The position numbers were made by a program, and so were the translations under genes. A stretch of 64,000 bases of DNA from Trichodelitschia bisporula (lineage: Eukaryota). Shown piece after piece: positions 1 to 12,883 of the stretch (position 1 is its first letter; each line of letters begins with the position of its first letter). The notes beneath the pieces were generated by a model, which was not told the origin of the DNA, did no database searches, and saw nothing but the letters and a program-made list of their open reading frames with translations. The stretch spans positions 1,551,803-1,615,802 of the forward strand of contig ML996687.1 in the NCBI GenBank assembly GCA_010356995.1, written 5' to 3'.

Positions 1-1509
1 GAATGATAGGAAGGTTTGTTTCTGTGTTCCCTCTCAGGGGCAAAAAAGGGCGTCTAAAGGGACTGTCCCTTCAAGGGTACGAGGCCTGTAAGTGGCAGGC
101 TCTCGCGCCGGTGAAACACCGAACAACCCCTCATGTCCCACGTCTCCCGTGCTCCCCTAGCCAACCCACCAACCCCACCCCCGAAAAACATCCTCTTGGC
201 CGACCCTGTTCCCGGCGTGCCCGGTTCTGAGAGGCCCATCTCGAAAGGGAAACTCTCCAGGAAAACACCAGGAGAGACGTCAGGAGAAACAAAAGACCTT
301 GGGCCATGCACTCTGTTCGTGTGATCCCCCCCCTTGTTTTCAGCTGTTTCCAGTCTTGCTCGCCCTCTCTCCTGCATGCTCGCCCTCTCTCGGGCTTGCC
401 ATTAACATGAGCAGGGCCTCCTTCGGCCCGGTGAACGCACCGTTCGTACTACGTATTTCGTACTTCGTACGTCGTCAGCACCGCCCCCATTTCCACGCGC
501 TTGTCTCCACTTCATCCCCGAAATATCACGGACATTAAGGCCGCGCGGGAGATCTGCACCTTAATTTTGCGAGTTACGACGGCCCGCTCGTGCAGTAGGC
601 ACGTACCAGATAATACCACGGGCGGAATTTCGTCACAAAAGCAACTCCAGCAAAAGTCACCTCATTCTGTCCCGCATGGGGGTGGGGACTTCGGGAATGC
701 TTGCGCAATGCGTGTTCTGAAAACATACCGGCAACCTGACTCCCTGGTTGAAACACCATCCGCCGCCTCGCCGCAGCCGCTGGCATGCAGCGGTACTACG
801 GTACTACCTACTACCGCAGTTTAGCCCATGAGCCTTCTGGACAAGCTTTCGCTCGTGAATAATCAGTCGGGTCTTCGGAGCAATCTCTCGGGCCAGTTTG
901 CCTTACGCGGGTGCGGAGCCCAGTCGGAACAGGGAAGCCTCGTCAGCGGAGGAAGAACCGGCCACGCTTAAAATGGGATTTTATGTCCTGATTCCCGAAG
1001 GATAAAGCTGAGAAAACATCCTGAATGTTTTGGCTTGTCATTCAGATCTGCTTTGCAGCTACAAACAACCTGCGTAGATTCCTTCGTCGGAATGCTTAAA
1101 CGCGCATCCTAAAACATCGGTCCGGACGGATGTAGTCATGGTCCGTCCAAGAGGTGTCTGCCAGTTCATTCAGTGCAGTTTGCTATGTGTGTCGTAACAT
1201 AGAAAAGCGACCTGTTTTTATGAAGGTGATAGGTATGCGCTATCCGATATGTAGTCGCTATCAGTTGGACTTGTAAATACGTCTGAGATGGCCGTTTCAT
1301 GCCATGCCAAAGTTCTTCGTTTTGTGCTCTGAGCGTTGTGTGTGAAACAATGCCAAGACAATGTGCTCGTCATTGAGAGCTCTGGCGACGTTGCATGGCG
1401 TTGTGGCCGTGCTTCAGGCAGCCTTGGACTTGAGCCTCAACTGCTCCAGACGACCGCAAGACGCATTCAAGGCTATCTTATTATTGCACATTTCGCACCA
1501 CGGTTCAGC

Positions 1510-3037
1510 ATGATCCACGAGTTCCTGCAGGTATTGATTCTAGTGTCCTGCTGAAGGTCGCGAAGCTAATACGGATACCGTGCAGCGGCTTGCCTTCCTC
1601 CTGGACCGACCACTGTTCCCATGGAAGAAACTGGTCATCGCCTTCTCTCTGGGCCAGTTTACCCTTGAGAATTGGCTGCTGTCGAGGCAGTATGGTGTGT
1701 ATCAGCGCACAGTCAGGCCCAAGGCGTTGGAGAAGGAAGTTGATCAGGCAACCTTCGACAAAAGCCAGGTATGTCTACACGCACCTTGTTGCAGATTCAA
1801 TCTGACCTTCGTAGGCATATGGGCGCGCAAAAGCCAAGTTTCAGTTCGTTTCCTCCGTCATCAACGAAATCACAAAGCTCGCCATCATCCACTTCGATGT
1901 ATGGCCAAAGGTCTGGGCATTTGTCGGGCTCGGTGTGGCTCAGTATTCCCCGACGCGCTTCTCGGGTGAAATCACACAGTCTCTCCTCTACTTCTTCGTC
2001 TTCGGGTTTATCGATACGATACTGGAGCTCCCGCTCTCATACTATCAAAACTTTGTCCTGGAAGAGCGCTTCGGCTTTAACAAGATGACGGTCAAACTGT
2101 GGCTCACGGATAAGGTCAAGGGACAGCTCCTAACAATCGCCCTCGGAACACCTATTGGTGCTGGCTTCCTCGCAATCATCCAGAAGACGGGACAAAACTT
2201 CTTCTTCTACCTCTGGCTGTTTGTATTCGGCATTTCCCTGATAGGGGTCACCATCTATCCCATTCTGATCTTGCCCATCTTCAACAAGCTGACGCCTCTG
2301 GAGCCGGGGTCGCTCAAGGATGCCGTAGAGGCTCTGGCCAAGAAGCTCAACTTCCCGCTGGGTGCGCTGCACGTCATCGATGGGAGCAAGCGCAGCAATC
2401 ATAGCAATGCCTTCTTCACCGGTCTCCCCTGGAAGAAGAAGATTGTCATCTTTGACACCCTTCTTGAGCAGAGCACCGAGGGCGAAGTCGAGGCTGTTCT
2501 GGCCCACGAACTGGGTCACTGGAGCATGAGCCATACCACAAAGTTGATCATGATCACGCAGTTCCACATCTTCTACTTCTTCGCCTTCTTCTCTGTCTTC
2601 ACGAAGAACAAGTCGTTATTCGAGTCGTTCGGCTTTCACGACGACATGCCCATAATGATCGGCTTTATGCTGTTCAACGAGGTGTTCGGACCATCCGATT
2701 CAGTTGTCAAGTTGATGATGAATGTTATCACACGAAAATTCGAATTCCAGGCTGGTAAGCCAAGTTCCCCGCGATGCATTTTGCTCCCTCTAACCATGCC
2801 CCAGACAAGTTTGCCCTTGACCTCGGCTACAAGACCGAGCTTGCCCAGGCTCTGATCAAGCTGCAGATCAAGAACCTCTCCAGTATGGATGCCGACTACT
2901 TCTATTCCAGTTACCACCACTCCCACCCCATCCTAACCGAGAGACTGAAGGCTCTGGGCTGGAAGGGGGAGACCAAGGTTGAATCCAAGATCAAAGACTC
3001 GGAGAAGGCCACCGAGGCCGGTGACCGGGAGCTGTAG
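1510..3037 (+). CDS. STE24: CAAX prenyl protease (M48 zinc metalloprotease); exons 1510-1530, 1586-1768, 1815-2754, 2805-3037
   Basis: Multiple TM segments, GSKRSNHSNAFF, HELGH (HExxH), FEFQAD and HSHP.L.ERL motifs; three GT-AG introns join the frames. Confidence 0.95.
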
Positions 3038-3172
3038 ATCTAGCGTCGTGTCATGGGCTACATCAATGAATTTCCCGCCATGAAGATGTATCCTGTTGTC
3101 CAGACTCCCTGCTGTGTGACCCGTTCCTGACCTTAAAGACAGTATAAGCTCGCTGTCGGTAAGACCCGAGAG

Positions 3173-3631
3173 CTACTCCTCCGCCTGTTCTTTCCGTATA
3201 GCGGCTCGCTCCTTCTTCTCGGCCTTCTTCTTCTCCTTTTTTGCCTTTTTCCGAGCCTCCTTGTCCTTGACCTCAACTGCGGCGTCGCCGAAGTCCTGTT
3301 CCTGAGCGAAAGTATGCGGGTCCTCTGTATGAGTGCCGGTCATATCTTGGTCAGCAACGGCTTCCTCCTTCTCGAGCGCAAGATCTTCAGGCGCCAGAAC
3401 CTCGCCGGCCAGGCCCCGCTCGACGCGCTGAAGAAGGTGCATGACGACGCCGCCCTTGGGGCCGTGGGTGGAAAACTGCGGCCCGCCGGGAGCAAGCACG
3501 GCGTCGGGGTGCATCTGAGGGCGTGTTTCGGCGGCTGCAAGAAAGGACTGTACGAATATTTGCGCTTCGGCGAGGGAGGCTTCACGGGTCTCTTCGACGA
3601 CGGTGGGAATAGGCCCCACGAGTTGAGGCAT
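3173..3631 (-). CDS. Small protein, probable RNA polymerase I subunit A14-like
   Basis: Single exon; EAQIFVQSFL and LQRVERGLAG segments recall A14-family helices; Lys/Glu-rich C-terminal tail. Confidence 0.55.
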   Translation of the reverse strand: MPQLVGPIPTVVEETREASLAEAQIFVQSFLAAAETRPQMHPDAVLAPGGPQFSTHGPKGGVVMHLLQRVERGLAGEVLAPEDLALEKEEAVADQDMTGTHTEDPHTFAQEQDFGDAAVEVKDKEARKKAKKEKKKAEKKERAAIRKEQAEE

Positions 3632-3911
3632 TGTCGCGAATGGGGGTCGGAGTGACCTGGATGAGGCAAGGAGCGTGTTGGGCACTGTTGACAATCAGAA
3701 ACTAGTACTTTGGGCTGTAGAATGCGTACATTAGTTGGAGCGTCGGAGAGGCGGCTTTTCTGGTCGCAGGGCATAGTTACATAGGAAATGTTCAACACGG
3801 GCGTTGCTCCGGACTTTCTTTTTTCCGCGTGCGGGAACTTCCTTAGTGGGCAGAGGATCTGGTGGAGTCTGCGGAGAACGGCACACCTCCGACATACGAC
3901 ACCTGCTTCCA

Positions 3912-4378
3912 ATGGAGTGCTTTAGGTGTCTACGCACCGCAGTTCGCGCCCGTCCGCTTTGGCGGACAGCTTGTATACAACAAACACCTTCAATGGTTGT
4001 TACTAGGCTCGTACAACGGTATCTCTTCCGGCATCGTAACTTGAACATCTGGCTGATTCATATCACAGCACACATACAAGCCCCTTATCTGCTCTTGCTT
4101 TCCGTCGCCCGCGAATCTCCGTCCCCAGCTCAGCAATTGCTCCAGGCCCCGTCGGGCGGCTTCCCCCAGCCTCTGCTGAGCTCGATCTCCTCCCGAAGGT
4201 GTCCGCCCACCCCGCCCTCGCCAGTATCCAGGTGCGAAATGGACCGCGCAACACGTTTAACCCGAGCCACAGAGTCAGGAAGCGGAGACATGGGTTCCTG
4301 AGCAGAGTGCGAACCAGAACCGGACGGAGAGTGTTGACTAGGAGGAAGACCAAGGGGAGGAATACCTTGAGCCATTAA
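3912..4378 (+). CDS. MRPL34: Mitochondrial ribosomal protein bL34m; exons 3912-4018 and 4069-4378 (138 aa)
   Basis: Arg-rich presequence [17 protein letters not shown]; intron GTATCT..GCTGAT..CAG; C-terminus [43 protein letters not shown] is the L34 signature. Confidence 0.95.
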
Positions 4379-4900
4379 GCTGAACAAGGTCTGACTGCGA
4401 CGAGTTGATGCGTCTAGAGCGAACTCGCGCTGAGGCTGAGATGCTGTACAATATTAGGGGAGCTATTCTCGAAATAGTGGGGTATCGCCTCCACCTCTCT
4501 GATGGAATAAAGCGATGCGCTTTCAGCAAGGATAAGAGTCTCCCATTGTCATCGGAATCTCCATTATACCTGCTGCATGCTTGTGCTGCTATTCACTATC
4601 CGTCCTCCGAACTCATGCAAGCGTCCTTTGTCCTGCAGGAAAAACAAGGGGACGGGCCACAATGTCCAGCTCAACAAGCCCATTATCTTTTTCACAACCT
4701 TTCTTCAGCCTCACAATTTCATCAACAGCTGGCACAATTATGGAGTTGGAAAAGGAACATTTAAGCTCTTCGCCAGCCCCCAATCCTTCGTTCAGGACAG
4801 TTCGATCCTTCCATCCCATTCATTCGTCCACATGGTCAACGTCCGCCAATTGCGCCCCATTTACCAGCACTCAGCACCGTCAACCTTAGACTCTACCAAA

Positions 4901-5128
4901 ATGTCATCTCCGCCCCTAGACACCGCCATCATCAATGTTATCCTCAACGAGTGGGATTCGCGCAATTGGGCGGGTAACGCCGACTCCTTCGCCGCCTGGC
5001 TCAATGCGCGTTGGAGGAAGAGTGGCTACAGCCTCGGAGCCAACGAGATCCACGCCGTGCTGACTCTGCACGGCCGTCAAGCAATTAGAGGCTTGCCGGA
5101 TGAGACAGACGGCGCCTTCATGAGGTAA
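4901..5128 (+). CDS. Small hypothetical protein (75 aa)
   Basis: Good start context (CAAAATG), C/G-biased third codon positions, globular-looking amphipathic sequence; no family recognised. Confidence 0.6.
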   Translation: MSSPPLDTAIINVILNEWDSRNWAGNADSFAAWLNARWRKSGYSLGANEIHAVLTLHGRQAIRGLPDETDGAFMR

Positions 5129-5556
5129 GTTTAGGTAAGTCTGAAGTTGGGAGTTGGGCACGAGGGCTCAACGTTCGGCCACCATGGCTCGCTTCGTCGT
5201 TCGGTACTTGCCAGCGGGGCGATAGGTACGCAGATGTTGCATAGTCACTCTGCGAGCTCTGTAGATCAAGTACCTTCGATTCTTCGTGACGGCGTAATCT
5301 CGCTAAGGGTTATTGACATCTATCTCGGACATGTCTATGTAACCAGGTAGCCAGGTTATTATTACTCTACTTTTGAGGTAACCATGAAACAGGATCAGAA
5401 AACCATAGGTAATAGAACTGCCCACCGATAGCCAAGGGCAAAAATTTGCAGCAATCGTCATTGACACAACTTGCAGTGTCTGTCCCTAAGTCTGACAATA
5501 CAGGAATCCGCCCATGCCGGGGTGGCGGGGAGGGGGCGTTTCTCTCCTGCCGTCAT

Positions 5557-7103
5557 TTAATCATCCGCCTCAAATTCTTCCTGATTGGGGATCCCTTTTG
5601 GTCCGTCTTTGCGAATAGGAATCTTGATCCCTTGCGACGCGAACTTCTTGCTCAGAGGCGTTGATTCGATGACGCCTGGAAACTTCTTGGCCGAATAGAC
5701 CTGGAAAGTTTCAGAGTAGCATGTGGCTAAGACAGGTGCCTTTCCGGTGTTGAGATCGGTGGGCTTCTCCTGGTCTCCCACATCGACGAAGTTACACTTG
5801 AGACTGTACAGAATCAGGTCAACAGACTTGGCCCCAGTAGCACGGTGGGAGCAAAGACATACCGAAAGAGGCCCTCCGTGCGAACAGAGAGGTCTGAAAG
5901 AACAAACCAAAATCCCAGCTGACCGTCCGTATCATTTAGCCGCGATGCGTTGACGGTCAGACTGCCGATCAAGTTCCGTGTGAACATACCCGCAGCCGGG
6001 GGCGCGAGCATGGGAGACATGGGAGCTGCGTGCATGAAGCTTGGAACCATTTGCATTTGCGGTGGAGGAGGCGGCTGTTGCTGCTGGGCTGACTGTGGGT
6101 GATGGGATTGCTGCGGTAGAGGTTGCTGCTGTGGCTGGGCCATATATGGCCGGTATTGCTGCTGCACCACGTGTGGTTGGTACATCGTCTGGTACATGTC
6201 CTGCGTCGGATAGTAGGGCACGGTGGCTAACATGCCTAGGACCTGGCGCTCCATCGGCGGGGGGAATGCGAGGGTTGTAGAGGCGGATATAGAGACGACG
6301 GGCGTGTTGCCCGAGTGCCGAACAAGGTTCACTTCTGAAGTGCCACTCTCGTTCCACAAGTCCACCGTCAAGACGAAGTACGTACTGTCCACATCGCTGG
6401 AAGAGTCGTCAGTAATCTCAATCAGAGCACTAAGCCGAAATCTTACGTCGCGTCAACCACCTGGCCGGTCTCGGCGTCATGGACGAACAGTCGAACGCAA
6501 GGTGGGGGTGTGATCGGCCGGCGATCCTGCAGTCGATATTTAGTACCTATACGGACAGATACCAGTTGAACGCAAGGCGTACCTTGTCCCCGAAGCCACA
6601 CATGCGGGCACGAACCGGTTGCTGCACAACCGTGATCCTGGATTAATTAGCTGAAGAATTTGGATACGTAGCCAAAGAATCTCATACGAGTATATCCTAT
6701 TCCCCCGGCGAAAGGAGACACCGTCAAGGTTGCGCGGGGGATTCCCGGTCTGAACCTGTTGCACGACTTGGGTCGGGGACTGCTGTAGGTACTGCGGCGA
6801 TTGCTGCTGCTGCGGGGCTTGCTGGTGATGCTGGTGAGGTTGGTGTTGCTGAGGGACTTGTTGCCCCATCATAGAATGTCCTTGTGGGGGCATTTGCTGG
6901 TGATTTTGTGGGGCCAACGCCATATGTGACTGGTGGCTCAGCTGCGGAGGCTGATGCGGCGAGTGCTGGGAAATATGACCGGCCTGGCTTCCGTGCTGGA
7001 TAAGGGAGTTAGAGGGGCTCCCCGAGGACAGGTTGTAGTCCTGAGAGGGGATTTCGTTCAGTAAGGCAGGCATGGGTATGTGGGCATCACGTCGGGACTG
7101 CAT
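5557..7103 (-). CDS. velB: Velvet-family regulator VelB; exons 7103-6688, 6637-6583, 6526-6447, 6396-5863, 5803-5557
   Basis: [70 protein letters not shown]; velvet domain split by a Q/P-rich insert as in VelB. Confidence 0.93.
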
Positions 7104-9361
7104 GATGCAAGGTGGTTTCTTGCGACGAGCGGCTGTCGGATGAGCTGAGGATGTGGCAGGAGTGTCTGATGGCCGGATTTTATGATGTCATAAGCTCGCG
7201 GCCCAGAACATCAATGGAGAAGCCGTTCGCTAGACTGTCTGCTCCTATGGACGAGACGGGCAGGCGATATATACTGGAGACGGGCGCAGGACCCCGCTCG
7301 AGACGTGCAGGTGATGACGAGAAGACGGAGGCTGCACTGCAAAAGGTTGTCAAATTCCTGGCAAGGTCGCAGTACTGCGCACTGCGCCTTGAAGACTCGG
7401 CAAATTGTCTGAGCTCGTGGCTAGGAGTGGTGGTCTCGATAACGATTCGAATTAGCGAATTGTGTGAAACAGCTTAGTACGCATACTAACCTTAGGCAAG
7501 GCTCGATCCCAATTACCTCACCATTTTCTCTCGATATGTAGCACTCTCCCAGGCAGTTACGCGTCTAGTCGTTGGTGACTTGAAAGTCGCGCTTCTCGAC
7601 CGCTTGACGGATGTGTTGCGGCGATGAGGTTGCAGTGGAGGTGGGATGAGTGGACGAGAACGAAGACGGGACAGAACGCAAGTGCAGATGAGATGCGCAA
7701 ATGCGGATGTACTGCGCTGCGTTGGTATGTGAGGTGGAGCTCTGTAGCTGCGATGCTGTGGTGCGCTGTAGAATGTTGTGAAAATATTGGGCAGGTCGGT
7801 CGAATAGGTGTGAGTGCGTGCTTGCGTGAGTGTGTATACAGAGTACTCATATGTGGATGTGCATTTGCGTGGGGAGGTGGGGAGGAGATTGGGGGGCGGG
7901 CTCTGGAGCTTGGAGCTTGGGAGCTTACGTTATTGGGTCCTCAAGTGAACTACGCAGTTCAGTACACGACGACTAAGGGCCCAAGTAAAAGGGTTCTAAA
8001 GCTATGCCGCAGTGACGAGTTTGCGAGTGCTGATGCAACGTGACAACAGTAAGGCTTGAATTGAGAAGTCTACTCTGGTGGCGGCATGTCGGCACTATAA
8101 CCTTACCCTTCAAGTAACCTTACTGCAAGCGACCCACCCTCTTACGGGCTCGTAGTGGACAGCATTCAATAAGGTCCCTAAGGTACATACTACTCGTACA
8201 TTGGAACAGAGCTCACTTGATGAATGTTCTCAACTGCCCTTTCCCCCTCATCACCCACCATGATTCCCGTAAGTATGCCATCTAACGGCATGTACCTGCC
8301 CGACACCGGCGTTCGTGTCTTGACTTGTCTACAGTTAGTTCTCGAGTCCTAGTTCTACTGTGTACAGGCCACCTGCATCGTCCCCTCAATGCAAATATGT
8401 AGTCAAAAACAGGCTTAAGTCAACAATGTCGGCATTGGCAGCCGGCAGCCGAACCTTAAGGAGGGTTCATGGTTTGGGGGCCCTCCCCTTTGGAATGCGA
8501 TTGCGGGGGGGGGAGGGGCCAAGGGCGACACATGCGACCCCCTCCCCCGCCTTAACCCAATGACCGTCTCCTCGGGGGCCACGATTCTCCATTACTGTAG
8601 TATGCACTTGGGAAAGCCGACCCCTGTGAAGAAACCCGTCAAAGGTACTAGAGGAACCCGCGTACCTGGGACCCAATACGAAGTAACCGGAAACACACTT
8701 CCGTCCAGATAAGACTTGAAGTCCATCATGGCCAAATCTCCACTGGCTCGGCCCGCGCCCGTGCCCGATTCCCGCACCTCGGGAGCGCTAATCCGCCAAG
8801 CAAAACAAGACTGTGGTATGAGGCCGAAGAAAGCCAAAGAAGTCCCTCGTAACTTAATAATTGGGCCCCTTGTAGAACGTCTAGAACTAGAGTACTGCGT
8901 AGAGGTGTTAAGGAGCCCGATATGGAGAAATTTAGTGGGACTAGACTACAGAAGGTTACAAGGTAATTTCATTGGCTATCTGCACCACATGCATAAGTTT
9001 TTGTCCAAACTACTTATTGGCTTCCCTTCGACCTCAAACCACAGTACGGTACGGAGTGGCCGAGTCTGCAAACCAGGAATGTGAGCACCAAACCCCCTCC
9101 TGGCTTGTCGTCCGCCTTGGCATGCGCCACTTGGGGCCAGCATCAGCTTTGCTGCATAGCAAGCAGTTTCGGCAACACAATGTCATCACATCTATGCCAC
9201 GGAGAGATGGCTGGGGCCTTCATGGAGACAGGCTCTTGTACGAAAAGCCTAGTTCCGTAGCTCAACTTCCATGGCTAAAGATGTCTCCGGAGCAAAACCG
9301 CCTGCCACCTCGTAGCAGCCACTAGGCTGAGTATCCACCTCCCTTCTCAGCGATATCCCCA

Positions 9362-11806
9362 TCAGCCAAAGTGCATGAGCGTCTGCTTTTTGTTTTTGTT
9401 GCCCTTTTTCTTCGATTGAGCAGTCGTCGCCTCTTCAGATGCGTTGCTACTGCTCGCTCCCGGCCCTCCCCATGCGCTGGGGGCAGACTTGTTTGAAGCA
9501 TGGTCCCGTCGCACACCACCACCAGTATATCCCGGGGTAAACATTGTCGATAAGGGTTTCGGCACAGCCGGGAGCGCCGGGAAAGAGTCATCACCTAAGC
9601 TAGCGCTTGCAGGTACCCGACGTGTCGTCTGAGGCCGGGTTTTGGACTGTGCAGGTGTGCTTGTGGAAGGCGTTGGGTGACTTGAGCGTCCAGCTACATC
9701 ACCGGCACCGTTATTGGTGGGAAGTGTTGGAAACAGATTGGAGTTTGGAGCTCCCCAGCTACCCGATCTGGAGACCGAAGCTCGAGACGATTGGGCGGTC
9801 GAGTTCTTCAACCTCAAAACACGCTTTCCTCCGAGGGAGCTTGCTGCGCGACTGGTGGAGGCGGCGCTGGACCCGGGCAGCGATGGATAATCCTCATTGA
9901 TAGCCTTCCAGTCGTTCCAGGCGGTAAGCAGATCGTCCTGCTTTGAAGAGATCTCGAAGATATCGGCCAGTTCCTTGATCAACTTGCCCAGTTCGACAGA
10001 GGAGCTGTCGAAGAGGGAAAACAAAGCCTCCACAAGGTCAGAGGCGGATATCGAGGAAACTCGAAACGCAGATATTTTGGCGCGAAACTCTGCCAGTTTG
10101 GACGGGTCATTTCCCAGCAGGTTAGACGCCCTTTCTATGACTGCACCATGCCGCACCCGGCGAGCTTGCTCCTGCGGAGTCAACGTGGCTTCCGGGTTCG
10201 GAGATGTGGGTCTGGGAGAAAAGCCGACTAATGTTGCGCCGAGAGGATTGACAGAAGGAGGACCACCGACTACATTGGAGCGCGCTCCTCCATTCGACGG
10301 CGGAACCCGGCCAGGCCGCTGTTGGGTGGGTGCGGAAAGCTGGCCACCAAAATTCCGAGACGTTAATGACTGTGCACTCTGGATAGCCATTTGCCGCTGA
10401 TACGCGAGCTCGTCTCTCCGGAGTGGTTGGGCAGATGACTGCGGTAAAGGCTCTGCGTTGGGATCGCGTCCGCGACCTCTTCCTCGGCCTCCACTTCGGC
10501 TACCTCGTGGGGGCTGGAATGGCTCATGAACTTGGAAATCACGAAGATCGACGCGGCGGGTATCGCGCAATGCATCCTTCGAAAGTCCTTTGGGATGAGC
10601 TTCAAGCTGGTGGGCCTTTAGGTCCATCTCTGACTCGAAAACGACAAACTTCTTTTCCAAACACTCTGCATCCGAGCACGGAAAATGATCCGCGACAAAG
10701 TGCTTGGCAAGGTCGTTGTAATCCCGGTAGTACTGCGGACGGCGTCCTTGGTCTCTGCGGTCGCATACATGACACTTTTCATGTCTATCTCTGCAGTGAA
10801 GGTACAACTCGTCATCACCGTAAAACCGCTTACGGCAAAAGCCACACTCTGGGTGGCCTCTGAACCCAGTTTGGTCAACAGCACCGGGAATATTGTCACC
10901 ATGTCTCTCATGCTGATGAAGAGCGCTCGGGGTAAAGAGCTCATGTTCATGTGTGAAGACCTTCTTGTTTCGCGTGCACAGATCACTGCAGCTATTAGCC
11001 CTGGCTGCACTCATCCAAGGAACCTGTGATAACGTACCACATAACCTTTTGGTGAATCATCTTGACATGTCGATGCAAATCTGGCCACCCTAGGCACGCC
11101 ACATCACAGTCCGAATCTGGGCAGTTGTATTGCAGGAGGAGAATAGTGTCTTCGTGGATTTCCGAGTTCTCGTACTTGATACCCAGGCTGGCGTCAACTT
11201 GCACAAAGTCGGCATCCTGGAACTCCTCATAGCGCTTCGCTGGCTCATCCGTGAAGATCACGAAGTCAGACTGCGTCTACGGAGACATTAGCCCATACAT
11301 CTAGAGATCCAAAATCCACGAAACCTTACCCGACAGTGGGCACAGGCTTTGGTCCTGTAGAGAGCTCTAAGTCTCAGAGAGCATATGTGACATGTTCGGT
11401 GGTTACAAGGAGCTACTGCGGTATGAACAACAGGCGAGGCGCAAATGAAGCAGACTTCAGGATCATCATCGTCTCCTGCATCTACAGCTGGACTCTTGCC
11501 CTTGTCCTCACTTCCAGTTTGGGTGGCGTTTTGGGCAAGGTGGTCATGAAGGACGCGCGCTCCGGGTAGGGTGGTAGTTTGCGGCGCTGTAGGTACTGTT
11601 CCTGGATTCTGAGACGGGGCCACGCGAGATGGGTTATTGCCTCCACGACGCCGATTATTACCCCGTCTCGCCGATCCTCCGCGGCTCTGGCGGGTTTCGG
11701 TGTTTGGTTCTCGTTGGATTGGTGCCGAACCGCCGCGGCCTCCGCCTCGACCTCTGGGGGCGTTCGAGTGTTGCGCTGAGCTTACGTCCCTAGGAATCGA
11801 GGCCAT
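9362..11806 (-). CDS. HEL2: RING/C2H2 zinc-finger E3 ubiquitin ligase of ribosome quality control (Hel2/ZNF598); 3 exons
   Basis: RING CFIC..PCNHRTCHICSLRLRALY..CAHC, then C2H2 repeats (GHPECGFC, HCRDRHEKCHVC); introns 11328-11277 and 11037-10986; start could also be 11824. Confidence 0.9.
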
Positions 11807-12168
11807 CACAGGGGTGTGGCTCATATAATTTTGCGGGGAAGCGGTAGGGTGAATGCGTGCGAGTAGGATCAGAAAGGAAAGTAGCTCAGGAAATACTGTG
11901 ACGCTGTGGAGGACAATAACGGTGGGGGTGAGCAAGTGGCTTTCTGTCACCAGTGGCGGCAAGTTCGTCTGTGCGGATGCCTGCGGATGCCTTGTTGGTG
12001 CCTAACTGCCTTGCGTATGCACAATCAAATCGTCGTGAATGACGGGCACGCTTACGGTATTCTGCTCCTGAGACTGGAGATAGAATTCCAATCAGTATTC
12101 CCAGAAGACTAAGCTATAACTGGAAGCTCAAGAAGGCTGAGACCGACTAGAGTTCGCATCCGGCTTTG

Positions 12169-12883
12169 TCAAAGTTCTCGGAGACCGCCTTCCTCTTCAT
12201 CAAATTCGTCGCCGTACCAGTTTCTCTTCATAGCAAGCAGTTGCTCCTTATTGCTCACCCGACTCTTGATCCACGATTCCATGCTCAGTACTTGATCCGC
12301 CCATGATTGAGCTTCCTGCTTCTGCGCTTCTAGCAGACACTTTCGCCGCTCAATCTCCGCAGGATCGTTGTCGCTATAAGCCCCAAGCTCGCACTTCAGG
12401 TTTTCAACCTCTTTTTCTAAGTCTGCATTTTTAAGCGTCAAGCTCGTGCGGTCATTCCCGGCTCCCATTAGCATTTCTTCGTCTTCGTCGTCTTCCTTGG
12501 ACGCCATAGCGTCGTCTAGCCTTTGCTGCAACACCTCCGCAGCCGCTGCAGCCTTATCTCTCTCCGCTAAAATCTTGTCCAAGGCCTGATCCTTCTTTGC
12601 CTTTTCGTCGCTCGGAAAGCTCCAGTACCAGTTGCCGCTGCCAATCTTCTCCACGCGAATCATGTTCTCGTCCGACAGTGCTTGAAGGTAATCTTTGACA
12701 TGCATGCTGTTGATGGACGCAACCGATGGTAGAGCTTTCTCAAGGTCTTTGATGTTGTGTGCTGTGCCTGACTTTTGAATCCAGGCCAAAATGAGTGCCT
12801 GTTTGGCCGCGGGGGGGGTGGCTTTGGGCTGTCGTGGCCACGTAAGCGCTTTGGTTCATGGATGAGGGTCATACTCTCACCAT
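12169..12883 (-). CDS. MND1: Meiotic nuclear division protein Mnd1; ATG-only exon 12883-12881 plus exon 12828-12169
   Basis: IKDLEK..SM.VKDYLQAL.DE..IRVEKIGSGNWYWSFPS winged-helix motif followed by coiled coil and DP motif. Confidence 0.92.

Noticed and set aside
1000..1090. CTGAGA..GATC..CCTGCGTAG resembling a TPP riboswitch
   Set aside because: Core helices cannot be formed, spacing is wrong, and no thiamine gene is adjacent
7484..7495. Plus-strand TACTAAC..TAG suggesting a spliced antisense transcript to velB
   Set aside because: It is the reverse complement of the minus-strand donor GTTAGTA of the putative velB 5' UTR intron
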